A DNA stretch of 64,000 nt from an uncultured bacterium (lineage in GTDB: Bacteria > Patescibacteriota > Minisyncoccia > Phycocordibacterales > CAIZLB01), in assembly GCA_903936565.1 (NCBI GenBank), contig CAIZVZ010000001.1:95905-159904 (forward strand), read 5' to 3'. The position numbers were made by a program, and so were the translations under genes. Positions within the stretch are counted from its first letter, which is position 1, and the number at the start of each line of letters is the position of its first letter. The notes under the pieces were generated by a model. The model was given only the letters and a program-made list of their open reading frames with translations. It searched no databases and was not told the DNA's origin. Below, in pieces: positions 9,559-19,712 of this stretch.

Positions 9559-9592
9559 AAAAAGCGCATCCCTCTCCAGGATGCGCTTTTTT
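9559..9592. terminator. Bidirectional intrinsic terminator
   Basis: AAAAAGCGCATCC-N7-GGATGCGCTTTTT between convergent genes. Confidence 0.85.
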
Positions 9593-9641
9593 ATTTTAGA
9601 CCCCAAGGCCTTGATTGAGACAAAACCTAGAGCATCAAAAA

Positions 9642-10106
9642 TTATTCGATAGAAATTATATGATAATCCGCCTCCCCAGCTGGAGTTGTGAATTTGAATT
9701 TGTCCCCCTTCTTTTTTCCAAGTAGAGCGTGACCAACAGGAGATTTGAATGAGATCTTTCCAGCTGACATGTCAGCCTCTTCTGATCCAACAAGAGTGTA
9801 AACTTTTTCTGTCTTACTCAAAGATGTTTTAACATGAACTACAGAACCAATCTCAACCTTGTCACTGTGATGAGATTCAATAATTTGAGCATGAGTAAGA
9901 ACATTCTCTATTTGAGAAATTCTATCCTCTAGTGCAGCCTGAGCTTCACGTGCCTCATTGTATTCTGCATTCTCCGATAAATCGCCAAGAGCTTTTGCAA
10001 ACTCAAGATTTTGCGCAATTTCTTGACGCTTAACAGTCTTGAGTGTTTCAAGCTCTCCCTTTAACTCATCGTATCGTGCTTTTGATAAATAATCTTTTGA
10101 TGACAT
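9642..10106 (-). CDS. greA: Transcription elongation factor GreA
   Basis: GDLSENAEY..AREAQ, ISFKSPVGHALLG, TPAG. Confidence 0.97.
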   Translation of the reverse strand: MSSKDYLSKARYDELKGELETLKTVKRQEIAQNLEFAKALGDLSENAEYNEAREAQAALEDRISQIENVLTHAQIIESHHSDKVEIGSVVHVKTSLSKTEKVYTLVGSEEADMSAGKISFKSPVGHALLGKKKGDKFKFTTPAGEADYHIISIE

Positions 10107-10233
10107 ATTTTTTAAATAAGACGCAAAGTATAAACTATTTTTCAGGTCTTGACAAGGTTAAAAATCGGAAAAATATAGTATTATATTATGGCTATAAATA
10201 AGGTTTTACTACCAAATTGACATCAATTTTAAC

Positions 10234-12132
10234 CTAATTCACCCTCTCTATTTCATTTAAGCTATTAATCGTACTTGTACTTATACTACTACTATCAATT
10301 TCAGTGTTATCAGAACTACTACTATTGTTTGAATCTGTAGGCGTTGGCGCAACCTCAGCCTTAGGAGGAACATAATCTAAGAAATATTGTCTTGCATAAA
10401 TATTCATCCAATCGATCAATAATCTCATCACGGAAGTCGCTCCGTAAACCGCATCACTTGGACCGCGCTCCATCATTATAACAAAAGCATATCTAGGTTT
10501 TTCTGCTGGCCAATAACCGACGGACCAAGAGTTGATATATTTTTTAAGTGTTCCAAGTTGAGCTGTTCCAGTTTTACCTGCAATTTTTACAAAAGGAACA
10601 TTCAAAGGCTTCATTGTTCCGTCAGTAACAGTCATTCTCATTCCCTCTCTTACAACATTGAAGTAACTCGCCTTATCTATTGCAATTTTGTTTTGAGTTA
10701 ATCTCTGATCCTGTAGACCAAAGGCGCTCAAAGTATTAGCATCTCTCTGAACTCCCTGCGCTGTATACTCCGATGTCGTTGAAGACATATTCAAAGTTGG
10801 AGTGACCATATATCCACCATTTGCGAGTGCAGAAACAGCTCTAACTGTTTGAATAGGAGTTACCTGAAATCCATATTGTCCAATTGCAGTGTGATATGTA
10901 TCTCCAATTCTCCAAATATCTCCGTTGAAATTTGCTTTTTTCCATTCTTGATTTGGAATCACTCCAACCTTTCCGCTAAAATAGTTATTCGCAACAGATG
11001 AACCAAAACCAAACATTCTAGAATATTTATTAATTCTATCAATTCCAAGACCCTTTTGTCCTGGAAATCCTCCACCAATTTCATAAAAATAAATGTCCGA
11101 AGAAACAGCAATTGCTCTTCTCATATCCGTCCACCCGTTTACCTTCCAGTCTTTAAAAATCGTAAACTCCCCAGGCAGGTACGGATTTGGAACCTTCAGC
11201 TGTCCTGTACTTTCGATCTGCTTATCAGGTGAAATAATTCCTTCATTAAGTGCCGCTAGGGCAAAGAATGGTTTGATGATGGATCCCGGAGTATAAAGAC
11301 CATCACTAACTCTATCCAAGAATAAGTTTGAACTATTCGATAAATATCCATTAATCTTTTCGGTATCACTACCATCGGTCATGATGTTACTATCATATTC
11401 AGGAAATGAAACACTACTTAATATTTCCCCTGTATTAACATCCATAATTACCCCCGCCCCACTCTTGAACCCAGAACGTCCTGCAATGTCCTTAATGGCC
11501 GAATAGAAGGCTTCTTGCAGTTTGGCATCAATTGTAAGTATCAGGTCCGAACCATTGACTGTGGGCTTAATAAGGCTTCCTGGGTATATCTTTCCGTGAA
11601 CATCTGTCTCGACAATCTTAATACCGTTTTGACCCAACAGGTTGTTATTAAAATATTTTTCAACACCATCAGCACCCTTCAGTTCTGTATTATAATAAAA
11701 TCCTGATTTATCCTTTTGTGGGTACTTAACATAACCAAGCAAATTATGAGTACCTGCATTTTCCCTGTAAGATCTCAAAGAAAATTCCGCTTGACTCTCG
11801 TCAATCTTATTCCACGCCAACAGCTTTCCATATCTATCCATAACAGCCCCTCTTTCTGCAAAAATTAAACTATGATCTAAGTGATTATTTTCAGCAATTT
11901 TTCTAAAATTATTTCCCTGTAGAATTTGAATATTGGCAATTTGATAGACATATAAAACGGCAACAACAGCAAAAATACACCCTGCGATAATTATATTCCT
12001 TAGGGGTATTGGCTTTTCAATCCTGCCTTCAAATTGGTCTGTATCAAAATGTGGCAAGTTAGAAGAATCCAAAAATATATCTTCTGGGTTTATCTCTGCA
12101 TTTTTAGATGATCTTCTTCTTCGCTTAAGCAT
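10234..12132 (-). CDS. mrdA: Penicillin-binding protein 2 (MrdA)
   Basis: ERGAVMDRYG, GSIIKP (SxxK), SSD (SxD), AIGQ, KTGTAQ; follows mreBCD. Confidence 0.92.
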   Translation of the reverse strand: MLKRRRRSSKNAEINPEDIFLDSSNLPHFDTDQFEGRIEKPIPLRNIIIAGCIFAVVAVLYVYQIANIQILQGNNFRKIAENNHLDHSLIFAERGAVMDRYGKLLAWNKIDESQAEFSLRSYRENAGTHNLLGYVKYPQKDKSGFYYNTELKGADGVEKYFNNNLLGQNGIKIVETDVHGKIYPGSLIKPTVNGSDLILTIDAKLQEAFYSAIKDIAGRSGFKSGAGVIMDVNTGEILSSVSFPEYDSNIMTDGSDTEKINGYLSNSSNLFLDRVSDGLYTPGSIIKPFFALAALNEGIISPDKQIESTGQLKVPNPYLPGEFTIFKDWKVNGWTDMRRAIAVSSDIYFYEIGGGFPGQKGLGIDRINKYSRMFGFGSSVANNYFSGKVGVIPNQEWKKANFNGDIWRIGDTYHTAIGQYGFQVTPIQTVRAVSALANGGYMVTPTLNMSSTTSEYTAQGVQRDANTLSAFGLQDQRLTQNKIAIDKASYFNVVREGMRMTVTDGTMKPLNVPFVKIAGKTGTAQLGTLKKYINSWSVGYWPAEKPRYAFVIMMERGPSDAVYGATSVMRLLIDWMNIYARQYFLDYVPPKAEVAPTPTDSNNSSSSDNTEIDSSSISTSTINSLNEIERVN

Positions 12133-12167
12133 TTTTATTATAAATATAACTTATTATAATTTAATTA

Positions 12168-12443
12168 TTACGAATAAAATCTAACTCGCTTTTTAATTAA
12201 TCTGAATAAAATTACAATCACCGTCATTAGTATGGTAAAAAATAAATGAATATGCCTGCCATAAAAGACGACAAACAAATCACTTCTGTATAATAAATCC
12301 AATAAAAATCCAAAAATTATTGCTTCATAGTAAAGATAGAACCAGGATGCAAATACCGACAACAACAACGGTACCCACCAGCTAAGGGTAAATATGGAAA
12401 CAAATATTATCAGTCCACTATAAAACCTTTTTGACTTGAACAT
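12168..12443 (-). CDS. Small integral membrane protein, MreD-like by position
   Basis: Hydrophobic with GFLLDLLY motif; between mreC and mrdA. Confidence 0.6.
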   Translation of the reverse strand: MFKSKRFYSGLIIFVSIFTLSWWVPLLLSVFASWFYLYYEAIIFGFLLDLLYRSDLFVVFYGRHIHLFFTILMTVIVILFRLIKKRVRFYS

Positions 12444-13227
12444 ATCTTAGTGAATTCATATTAATAGGACTTTTAAAGCGCAGCTGGGAATAGGCTTCTC
12501 CTTCACCAGACTCAACAACCTCAACCGCACCCAACAAAATTGTCTCTGCTGAAGGCCACACGACCGGATCGCCAACTTTAACTTTTATATTTTTAGGCAA
12601 TTTAATATAAAAGTTTCCAGCACCCTGTCCTTCTGCCACCACTGGATTCAATGCATCTTTAACTCTTGATTTTACCGTACTTGTTCCTACACCAGAATCA
12701 TCTTTGACTCCCTCAATCGGAGAATTAATTAGAGCGTCAATTTTTTGTCCTGCAGAAGAAAATAATGTAACGGTTGAAGTGTGGCCTGAGACGGAAGAAA
12801 TCATACCTATTGCATATACGCTATCAGAAAACACCATATCCCCTTCCAGGATATCTTGATCAGATCCTATATCGATCACAAGTGAGTCAAACGGGGTTCT
12901 TGGGGGTCGCTCTATTACTCCTGCCAAAATCATATTAGAGTCCTCTGGTGTCTTACCAAGCAAAGACCTGAGATATTCATTTTCAGTTTGAAGAGATTTA
13001 ACCAAAGCCTGCTCTGCCAAATTTCTTGGAATAAACCTTGGTTCATTTGAACCATTTACCACATATGCTCTCACATTTTGAACTACACTGATTAAAGACT
13101 TGCTGGCAAATACATATAGCAAGACACAAATGATAAACAAAACTAACAGTCCAATAAATTGTACTTTACTGAAAGATTTTTTTGAGTTTGAATTGTATTT
13201 ATTTCCTTGTAGGTAGCTCATCTTCAT
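12418..13227 (-). CDS. mreC: Rod shape-determining protein MreC
   Basis: TM, ENEYLRSLLG coiled coil, LVIDIGS..GDMV, SPINMNSLRYVQV; overlaps the end of mreB. Confidence 0.88.
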   Translation of the reverse strand: MKMSYLQGNKYNSNSKKSFSKVQFIGLLVLFIICVLLYVFASKSLISVVQNVRAYVVNGSNEPRFIPRNLAEQALVKSLQTENEYLRSLLGKTPEDSNMILAGVIERPPRTPFDSLVIDIGSDQDILEGDMVFSDSVYAIGMISSVSGHTSTVTLFSSAGQKIDALINSPIEGVKDDSGVGTSTVKSRVKDALNPVVAEGQGAGNFYIKLPKNIKVKVGDPVVWPSAETILLGAVEVVESGEGEAYSQLRFKSPINMNSLRYVQVKKVL

Positions 13228-14263
13228 TTTGAATTAGCATTTCCTCAAACACATCCATATCCTCTAATATTATACCAGCACCACGGGCAACTGCGGTAAG
13301 CGGATCATCAGCAACATGAACGGGAATACCAACATACTTTGACAAGACTTCTGGAAGACCTCTGATGAGCGCCCCACCTCCAGCTAGATGAATTCCATTT
13401 CTCATAACATCTGCAAGTATTTCAGGTGGAGTGGTTTCAAGAACCTCTTTAACTGATTCCAAGAAGGTGTCCATGGACGCACCAATTGCTTCTCTGATAT
13501 CGGAATCAGTTACAATCACCTCTCTTGGAAGGCCTGTAACAAGATCTCTTCCTCTTATTGCAGCTTCAAGTGCCGGCTTATGCTCTATCACAGTAGCGAT
13601 GGCAATCTTCAAATCCTCTGCTGTCTTCTCTCCAATCAGAATTTTAAATTCATTTCTGATATAAGACATTATATCACTATTTAATTTATCACCTGCAACT
13701 TTTAGATTTTTTGCACGAACAATTCCACCTAATGAAATCACAGCGATATCCGTAGTACCTCCTCCGATGTCCACAATCATACTACCTGTTGCTTCTCTAA
13801 CTGGTAGCCTTATGCCAATTGCAGCTGCCATCGGCTCTTCAATGATATGAACTTCTCTTGCACCTGCATTTCTTGCAGCATCGCGAACAGCACGACGCTC
13901 CACGTTTGTAACTCCATAAGGAACTCCGACAACAACCTTTGGACCAAGCATTTTTTTAGATAACTCTTCTGCCTTTTTAATTAGATATGAAAGCATTTCT
14001 TCTGTTACTTCAAAATCCGAAATAACTCCATCAACAATTGGTCGAACTGCAACAATGTGACCTGGAGTTCTTCCAAGCATTGCCTTCGCTTGCGCACCAA
14101 CAGCAACTACTCTTCCTGTTTTTTGATTTACCGCAACAACAGACGGCTCGTTAATTATAACCCCCCTTCCAGAAACATAGACAAGAGTATTAGCTGTACC
14201 AAGATCGATACCGATCTCGTTTGAAGTCATCTTTAGAAATTTGTCTTTGATATTTTTGAACAT
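13199..14263 (-). CDS. mreB: Rod shape-determining protein MreB (paralogue 1)
   Basis: GIDLGTANTLV, EPSVVA, EEPMAAAIG, VDIGGGTTD, GGGAL, AVARG. Confidence 0.97.
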   Translation of the reverse strand: MFKNIKDKFLKMTSNEIGIDLGTANTLVYVSGRGVIINEPSVVAVNQKTGRVVAVGAQAKAMLGRTPGHIVAVRPIVDGVISDFEVTEEMLSYLIKKAEELSKKMLGPKVVVGVPYGVTNVERRAVRDAARNAGAREVHIIEEPMAAAIGIRLPVREATGSMIVDIGGGTTDIAVISLGGIVRAKNLKVAGDKLNSDIMSYIRNEFKILIGEKTAEDLKIAIATVIEHKPALEAAIRGRDLVTGLPREVIVTDSDIREAIGASMDTFLESVKEVLETTPPEILADVMRNGIHLAGGGALIRGLPEVLSKYVGIPVHVADDPLTAVARGAGIILEDMDVFEEMLIQNEDELPTRK

Positions 14264-14331
14264 GATTTATAAGGCCCATTCTATATAAAATATAGACTAT
14301 AATCAACTTGTCACAGCCTATAATAGAACGC

Positions 14332-15480
14332 CTATTTAAACAGGTAAAACACGTCCTTGAAGGTCACCACAAGCATAAGGCCAATAAGGAGTATAAAACC
14401 TATGCCATTTACCCATCCAATTACTTTTGCGTTAATTGGACGTCTGATTATGGCCTCTAAAATCACCACAACAACTCTACCTCCGTCAAGAGCTGGGAAT
14501 GGCACCATGTTAATAACAGCGAGGTTTGCGGAGATGACAGCAATAATCATCAAAAGCTCGGCAACACCTGTTTTTGCAGAATTTCCTACCACATTCGCAA
14601 TTCCGACTGGACCTGTTACCTCCTTAAGACTTCCCTTTCCAACAAAAACATTACCAATAAATCCAGCTAGGCCCACGGTAATATTCTCCATCAAACTATA
14701 TGTTTGAATTGCTCCATAGTAAAAAGATTTAAAGAATCCTATCTTCGCCTCCCCTATCATGTCCATAGAAATTCCTGCAGCCTTCTTTCCTTGGACAATT
14801 CCTGTTACTGGCGCAAATTTATAAGCAACTGCTTCCTCCTTAGTTCTCTCAACTGTTGATGTGCTTTGAGATCGGCCATCATCTACTGTAAGAAGTGATG
14901 ATCTTTTAACAGTCACGGAAACATTACTCTCGGCTGTTGAAATAGTTTTTTGAACATTCAAAACAGAGAGACTTGTACTTGCAAACAAATCCTTACCGTT
15001 TGAAATAGAAAGAATTTCATCTCCCGCCTTAATACCAATTAGATCTGCTGGAGAACCTGGGGCAACCATTGTAATAATCAACTTCGGATCACGAACTACT
15101 TCTCCGGGAAATGTATCAACTGAGACCTTTGTACCAAACATCAGTGTGGCAACCAAGAAGATGTATGCCAAAATAACGTTAAAGGTGACTCCAGCGATTA
15201 ATACAATAATTTGTTGCCACTTTGGTTTTGCCAAAATACTATCAGATGTAATACTATCCTCTGGATTTTCACCGTGAATTGTAACGTACCCTCCAAGTGG
15301 AACTAGGTTAAGTGAAAATCTAGTTTTGCCAATCATTTTACTAAACAATCTTGGTGGAAAACCAATTGCAAAGTTATCAACTCTTATTTTAAAGAGTCTT
15401 GCAGCAAGGAAGTGCCCCATTTCATGGACAGCGATAAGTAAAGTTAGAACCAGTAGAAAAATTATTGTGGTTGATATCAT
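14332..15480 (-). CDS. rseP: RseP/RasP-type M50 intramembrane zinc metalloprotease with PDZ domain
   Basis: HEMGH, AGVTFN, PDZ (PGSPADLIGIKAGDEI), NMVPFPALDGG. Confidence 0.93.
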   Translation of the reverse strand: MISTTIIFLLVLTLLIAVHEMGHFLAARLFKIRVDNFAIGFPPRLFSKMIGKTRFSLNLVPLGGYVTIHGENPEDSITSDSILAKPKWQQIIVLIAGVTFNVILAYIFLVATLMFGTKVSVDTFPGEVVRDPKLIITMVAPGSPADLIGIKAGDEILSISNGKDLFASTSLSVLNVQKTISTAESNVSVTVKRSSLLTVDDGRSQSTSTVERTKEEAVAYKFAPVTGIVQGKKAAGISMDMIGEAKIGFFKSFYYGAIQTYSLMENITVGLAGFIGNVFVGKGSLKEVTGPVGIANVVGNSAKTGVAELLMIIAVISANLAVINMVPFPALDGGRVVVVILEAIIRRPINAKVIGWVNGIGFILLIGLMLVVTFKDVFYLFK

Positions 15481-15497
15481 CTATTATTTATTATGTA

Positions 15498-16049
15498 TTA
15501 AATTAAAATCTCACTTTCCTTCTTTGCATAAGCCTCTTCTAGGCGCGCTTCGCATTCTTTTACGATTTTTTCCATTTCCATTTTCGATCTTGTCATTTCA
15601 TCCTCACTCATTTCTCCATCCTTTTTCTTTTTATTCAAATCATCAGAAATATCACCCCTTTCTCTTCTTAGGGCGATTTTTGATTCCTCAAGCTTTTGCT
15701 TAGCAATCTTTGCAAGTTGTTGTCTTCTCTCTCCAGTTAGCTCTGGAAAGATGACACGGAGCCCCTTATCGTCAACGCTCACTGCGACACCTAAGTCTGC
15801 CAAGTTAATAGACTTCTCTATCGCTTGAGTTTGACTTCTGTCCCATGGAGTAATTCTGATTGTTCTTGGATCTTCAGTATTTAGACTGGCAACACCAGAG
15901 AGGTGCATCATACTACCGTATGAATCTACCTTTACGCCATCAAGAAATGAAACAGTTGCTCTACCAGTTCGTACCCCAGCTAATTCTTTTACCAACCACT
16001 CTTCTGTACCCTTTGTTTTTTGTTTAAATGAAGAAAAATCGTATGTCAT
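15498..16049 (-). CDS. frr: Ribosome recycling factor
   Basis: VRTGRAT, ITPWD, PELTGERRQQL, KKESEI; ATG 16049 preferred. Confidence 0.96.
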   Translation of the reverse strand: MTYDFSSFKQKTKGTEEWLVKELAGVRTGRATVSFLDGVKVDSYGSMMHLSGVASLNTEDPRTIRITPWDRSQTQAIEKSINLADLGVAVSVDDKGLRVIFPELTGERRQQLAKIAKQKLEESKIALRRERGDISDDLNKKKKDGEMSEDEMTRSKMEMEKIVKECEARLEEAYAKKESEILI

Positions 16050-16123
16050 AATACTCACAATGATATCATAAGGGGCGGGTTTGGTAAAACATCACAATAG
16101 ATAGATAAGATAAGAATGAGCGA

Positions 16124-16152
16124 CGCCCGGTCTTCACAAGGAAGGCCGGGCG
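16124..16152 (-). terminator. GC-rich hairpin downstream of ORFan 16200-16565
   Basis: CGCCCGGTCTTC-N5-GAAGGCCGGGCG. Confidence 0.65.
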
Positions 16153-16199
16153 GGGTTGGAGATTAATGCTCAGTTGAAGCGACTGTAGACACAGCGAAG

Positions 16200-16565
16200 T
16201 CAGGTGTGTTCAAACAGGTATCTGAACGAATGAGGGTTACCGTAAGGAACTCGCTTAAGTAAGATTTGCAAAGTAAAGTCTTGCAAATCGAACACCAGCT
16301 CAAGTTCGTCCTTACCAAGTAATTCATCCGAGAGAATCCGCTGACCATTACATAGAAGTTCAAAGGGGCTGGAGGGATTCTTGTCACTCCACATATTCCC
16401 CCCTGACAAGGTCACTTCATCAAAACCGCTGGATTCTGATTTGCGCCACGTGTGTATTCGAAACTTGACTTGCTGAAACTGCTTTTCGCTAAACAGAGCA
16501 CTACTTACATCCGTGACGAGAGCTCTCCAGAACTCATCAAAACGGGTCATAGGCATCGTGTTCAT
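16200..16565 (-). CDS. Hypothetical protein (ORFan)
   Basis: ORF with TGgTATAAA 9 nt before ATG 16565, which is preferred over the track start. Confidence 0.5.
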   Translation of the reverse strand: MNTMPMTRFDEFWRALVTDVSSALFSEKQFQQVKFRIHTWRKSESSGFDEVTLSGGNMWSDKNPSSPFELLCNGQRILSDELLGKDELELVFDLQDFTLQILLKRVPYGNPHSFRYLFEHT

Positions 16566-16652
16566 CTGGATAGCTTTATACCACACGTACAAAATTTGCA
16601 CAACAAAGGGTTGGCAAGTTTATAAACCCCTATTTTATCTCAACAGAAAAAG

Positions 16653-18185
16653 CTATTTACCTAAAACCCCATCCTCGATCATCTTATGTATTCCATCAAA
16701 TGAACCGTTACTCATCACAACTATTACATCTCCTGATTTTAAGATAGGTATTATTGAATCAGATAGTTCCAAAGCCGTACTTGCGAGTATCACAGTTTTC
16801 CCCAATTTCTCAGTTTCTTCCTTTACAATTTGTGGATCAAGTAAGTCCTGACCAGAATCAACCTCCGCTTTAAATGGAGGAATTTTAATGCCGATTATAT
16901 CAGCCTCTGCAAGTGCGACTGGATAAGTATGCTCAAATATTTTACGACGACTTGTGCTTGATCTTGGTTCAAACACAGCAACGATTCTCCTATCTGGAAA
17001 TCTTTCTTTAATTCCCTTAACAGTTTCAGCAACCGCTGTTGGATGATGGGCAAAATCATCAATTATCACAAAGTCATTATTTTTAAAAACAATCTCCTGC
17101 CTCCTCTTCATTCCAGGAAAACTTGAAATAGCGCCTCGGACCTTCTCACTCTTTATATCAATATTTGCTAAGTGCATTACTCCCAACACAGAAACAGCGT
17201 TAAGCATATTATATTCACCGTACATTGGTATAGTATATTCACCATAAGACTCTCCTTTGATAAATAATTCGAAGTGCTGACCTTCCGTATCAATCATTTT
17301 CAAAACTGGATATAAGTCCGCAGTGTTTGTCATTCCATAAACTAAAACCTTGGCCTTATGTTGTGTATTTAAAATTAATTCATTTAGTAACGGATATTCA
17401 TCAGACACGACAAGCCCCTTTTCTGTTATTTGTATTAAATGTTCGAATGCTTTTGTGTATGTAGGAACATCTGGATAAATATCAACATGATCCCATTCTA
17501 CAGAGGTAATAATGGAATACGCCGGACGATAATGTAGAAACTTTGGTCTTGCATCAAAAAAAGAAGTATCGTATTCATCCCCTTCAAACACTGCATATTT
17601 CCCCTTCCCCACATGATGACTTGTGCCTTCAATGGTTTTTTCCTTATCAATTTTGGAAAAATAATTTTGCATCACTCCACCTATTAAATATGTTGGGTCT
17701 TCGCCGATTTCAGATAGAACATAAGCCAAAAGTCCGGTAGTTGTAGTTTTTCCATGAGTACCGCAAACAGCAAATGATTCTTTATCATCTCCAACATAAT
17801 ATTGCCCCATAATTTCTGGCATGGAAATTAATGGCTTATTTTTCCTAATCGCCTCAATTACTTCGATATGATCTGGTGCACAGGCGTTACCAACTACAAT
17901 CAAATCTACATCATCTTCAATGTGATTAGCGTCCCATCCTTCAAATATTTTTACACCCTTCAATTTCAGAAGCGGGCCCATTGGTGGCCAGAACGATACG
18001 TCCGATCCAGTTACATCAAAACCAGAATCCCGAAGCATCAGCGCACATGTCCCCATGGCTGTTCCACAAACTCCGATGATGTGAATTTTTTTACAATTCT
18101 TTATATCTATATTCTGTCGATTGATAACACGCAACTCTGGATGATTTTTCTTAAGCAATTTTGCTTCATAATATTCATTAAACAT
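16653..18185 (-). CDS. mpl: Murein peptide ligase Mpl (UDP-MurNAc:tripeptide ligase), MurC-fold
   Basis: IHIIGVCGTAMG, GTHGKTTT, EGDEYDTSFFDARPKFLHY, DDFAHHPTAV, FEPRS.TSRR, MSNGSFDGIH are Mpl-type rather than MurC-type. Confidence 0.85.
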   Translation of the reverse strand: MFNEYYEAKLLKKNHPELRVINRQNIDIKNCKKIHIIGVCGTAMGTCALMLRDSGFDVTGSDVSFWPPMGPLLKLKGVKIFEGWDANHIEDDVDLIVVGNACAPDHIEVIEAIRKNKPLISMPEIMGQYYVGDDKESFAVCGTHGKTTTTGLLAYVLSEIGEDPTYLIGGVMQNYFSKIDKEKTIEGTSHHVGKGKYAVFEGDEYDTSFFDARPKFLHYRPAYSIITSVEWDHVDIYPDVPTYTKAFEHLIQITEKGLVVSDEYPLLNELILNTQHKAKVLVYGMTNTADLYPVLKMIDTEGQHFELFIKGESYGEYTIPMYGEYNMLNAVSVLGVMHLANIDIKSEKVRGAISSFPGMKRRQEIVFKNNDFVIIDDFAHHPTAVAETVKGIKERFPDRRIVAVFEPRSSTSRRKIFEHTYPVALAEADIIGIKIPPFKAEVDSGQDLLDPQIVKEETEKLGKTVILASTALELSDSIIPILKSGDVIVVMSNGSFDGIHKMIEDGVLGK

Positions 18186-18275
18186 TTACTAAGTGTATAA
18201 AAGTAGAAAAACATACGCAAGGGGTTTTTGTTATGTTTTCATTGTCGAATAAGAAATAAAATATGGAAATGAACT

Positions 18276-18306
18276 ACGGCGCAGCCCCCTCTAGGGGCTG
18301 CGCCGT
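18276..18306. terminator. GC-rich hairpin downstream of the serine hydrolase gene
   Basis: ACGGCGCAGCCCC-N5-GGGGCTGCGCCGT. Confidence 0.75.
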
Positions 18307-18347
18307 TTTGTTTTGATTCAAATGAAGGTCAGACCTCCTCATGGTTC

Positions 18348-19514
18348 TTATGGCAGACTACCCCAGAGCAGCTTAGCGCTACTTACAGGCACTCTACCAG
18401 TTAGAGCCGTCATTACAATGACGTACCTGAATAGATTCATCCAGAGTTGACTACCTTTTCGAACAGGATGGACATGGTTTGTGTTAATCACTACGCCGAT
18501 TTCTAATTTCGGAAAAGCAAAGACACTAGTCCCAGTAAACCCGTTCTTGAAGTAGGCACCAGCAAGTAAATCTGGATCCATACCACAGAGGTCATCCTTC
18601 ATGTTACCCAAGTTTCTAGAAAAAACTGGCCACTGTCCGAAGCCAAACCCGAAGCCGTTATCCCCTTGTTTAAATTGATTTTTCCCGATTCCTCGGATCA
18701 ATTCAGGATCAATAATCTGCTGTGTTCCAGTCCCGCCATCGTTGAGCAGAAAATGGAGCATTCGCAGTAAATCAATCGTATTTACAAAGAGTCCGGCTGA
18801 ACCTGGTAATGCAAGGGCTGCAGTCAATTCATCGTGAACCACGCCACAGCGCGGTTGTTGTGTTAGTGGGTCAATCTCCGTCTCAACCACCAGAAACTTA
18901 TCGTTCGGCGGATTAAAGGTTGCTGAGTTCATACCCAAGGGATTAAAGAGTATTTCCTGGGATAATTCTTGGATTGTTTTACCCGTCACCCGCTCAAGAA
19001 TTAACGCAAGCAGAATTGGAGGATAATTTCCATATGACAGTGTCGGCATAACCTCTACGCCGGCAGACAATATTTCATTCAACAACCAAGCGGAATCTCC
19101 ATACTCAGTATAAGGTGGTGTGATATGACCAAGCTCGAACTTGCATCCGTAAGTCAGCAAATGCCTGATTGTCAATCGCCGTCCGTGCTTAACTCGAAGA
19201 CTCGGGAAGTAGCGGCACACATCATCGTCCAACTTGATAAGACGCTGAGTAACCGCCCAAAGCACGAGAAGAGCAATCGGGATGGCTTTTGTAACAGATG
19301 CAACGTCGAAAAGTGATTTCGGCGTGGCTTCGACATTTGATCCTTCACCTACGGTAGAATGTGTACCAGCAGAGAATGCAATCATGGCACCTCTCCTAAT
19401 AACTCCACAAACGGCGCAGCTGAATTTGTTTTCCCTAACGCGTCCTTGACTGAGCAGTAGAGGTAAAAACGAATCAACCCCAGTCATACAACTAACATTT
19501 CGTAACGTATTCAT
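18348..19514 (-). CDS. Beta-lactamase-family (class C-like) serine hydrolase, AmiE/YbbE-like
   Basis: FDVASVTK (SxxK), LTIRHLLT, YGN, GVVHDE, GSAGLF, GFTGT, NHVHP. Confidence 0.85.
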   Translation of the reverse strand: MNTLRNVSCMTGVDSFLPLLLSQGRVRENKFSCAVCGVIRRGAMIAFSAGTHSTVGEGSNVEATPKSLFDVASVTKAIPIALLVLWAVTQRLIKLDDDVCRYFPSLRVKHGRRLTIRHLLTYGCKFELGHITPPYTEYGDSAWLLNEILSAGVEVMPTLSYGNYPPILLALILERVTGKTIQELSQEILFNPLGMNSATFNPPNDKFLVVETEIDPLTQQPRCGVVHDELTAALALPGSAGLFVNTIDLLRMLHFLLNDGGTGTQQIIDPELIRGIGKNQFKQGDNGFGFGFGQWPVFSRNLGNMKDDLCGMDPDLLAGAYFKNGFTGTSVFAFPKLEIGVVINTNHVHPVRKGSQLWMNLFRYVIVMTALTGRVPVSSAKLLWGSLP

Positions 19515-19640
19515 GATTCATGGATTCTATTTTGTTTGGTTTTTTTGTTCTTTTTGTTTAAATCTATTTTGGGCACCTTGCCTTAACAGACACTACAAGC
19601 GTCTACATTTTTTATATCATATATGATATATTTTTTCAAT

Positions 19641-19682
19641 AATAATATCCACATACATTCTATGATGCATGTGGATATTATT
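19641..19682 (-). terminator. Palindrome/terminator after the ABC exporter operon
   Basis: AATAATATCCACAT-N14-ATGTGGATATTATT. Confidence 0.6.
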
Positions 19683-19712
19683 TAAATATTATTAATAAAT
19701 AATCGATGTGCC

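Noticed and set aside
18348-19514. Antibiotic-resistance beta-lactamase
   Set aside because: No signal peptide, and motifs fit the broader amidase/esterase group
19641-19682. Replication origin from DnaA-like ATATCCACA words
   Set aside because: Only two imperfect words, forming the arms of one hairpin after an operon; no box cluster or dnaA nearby
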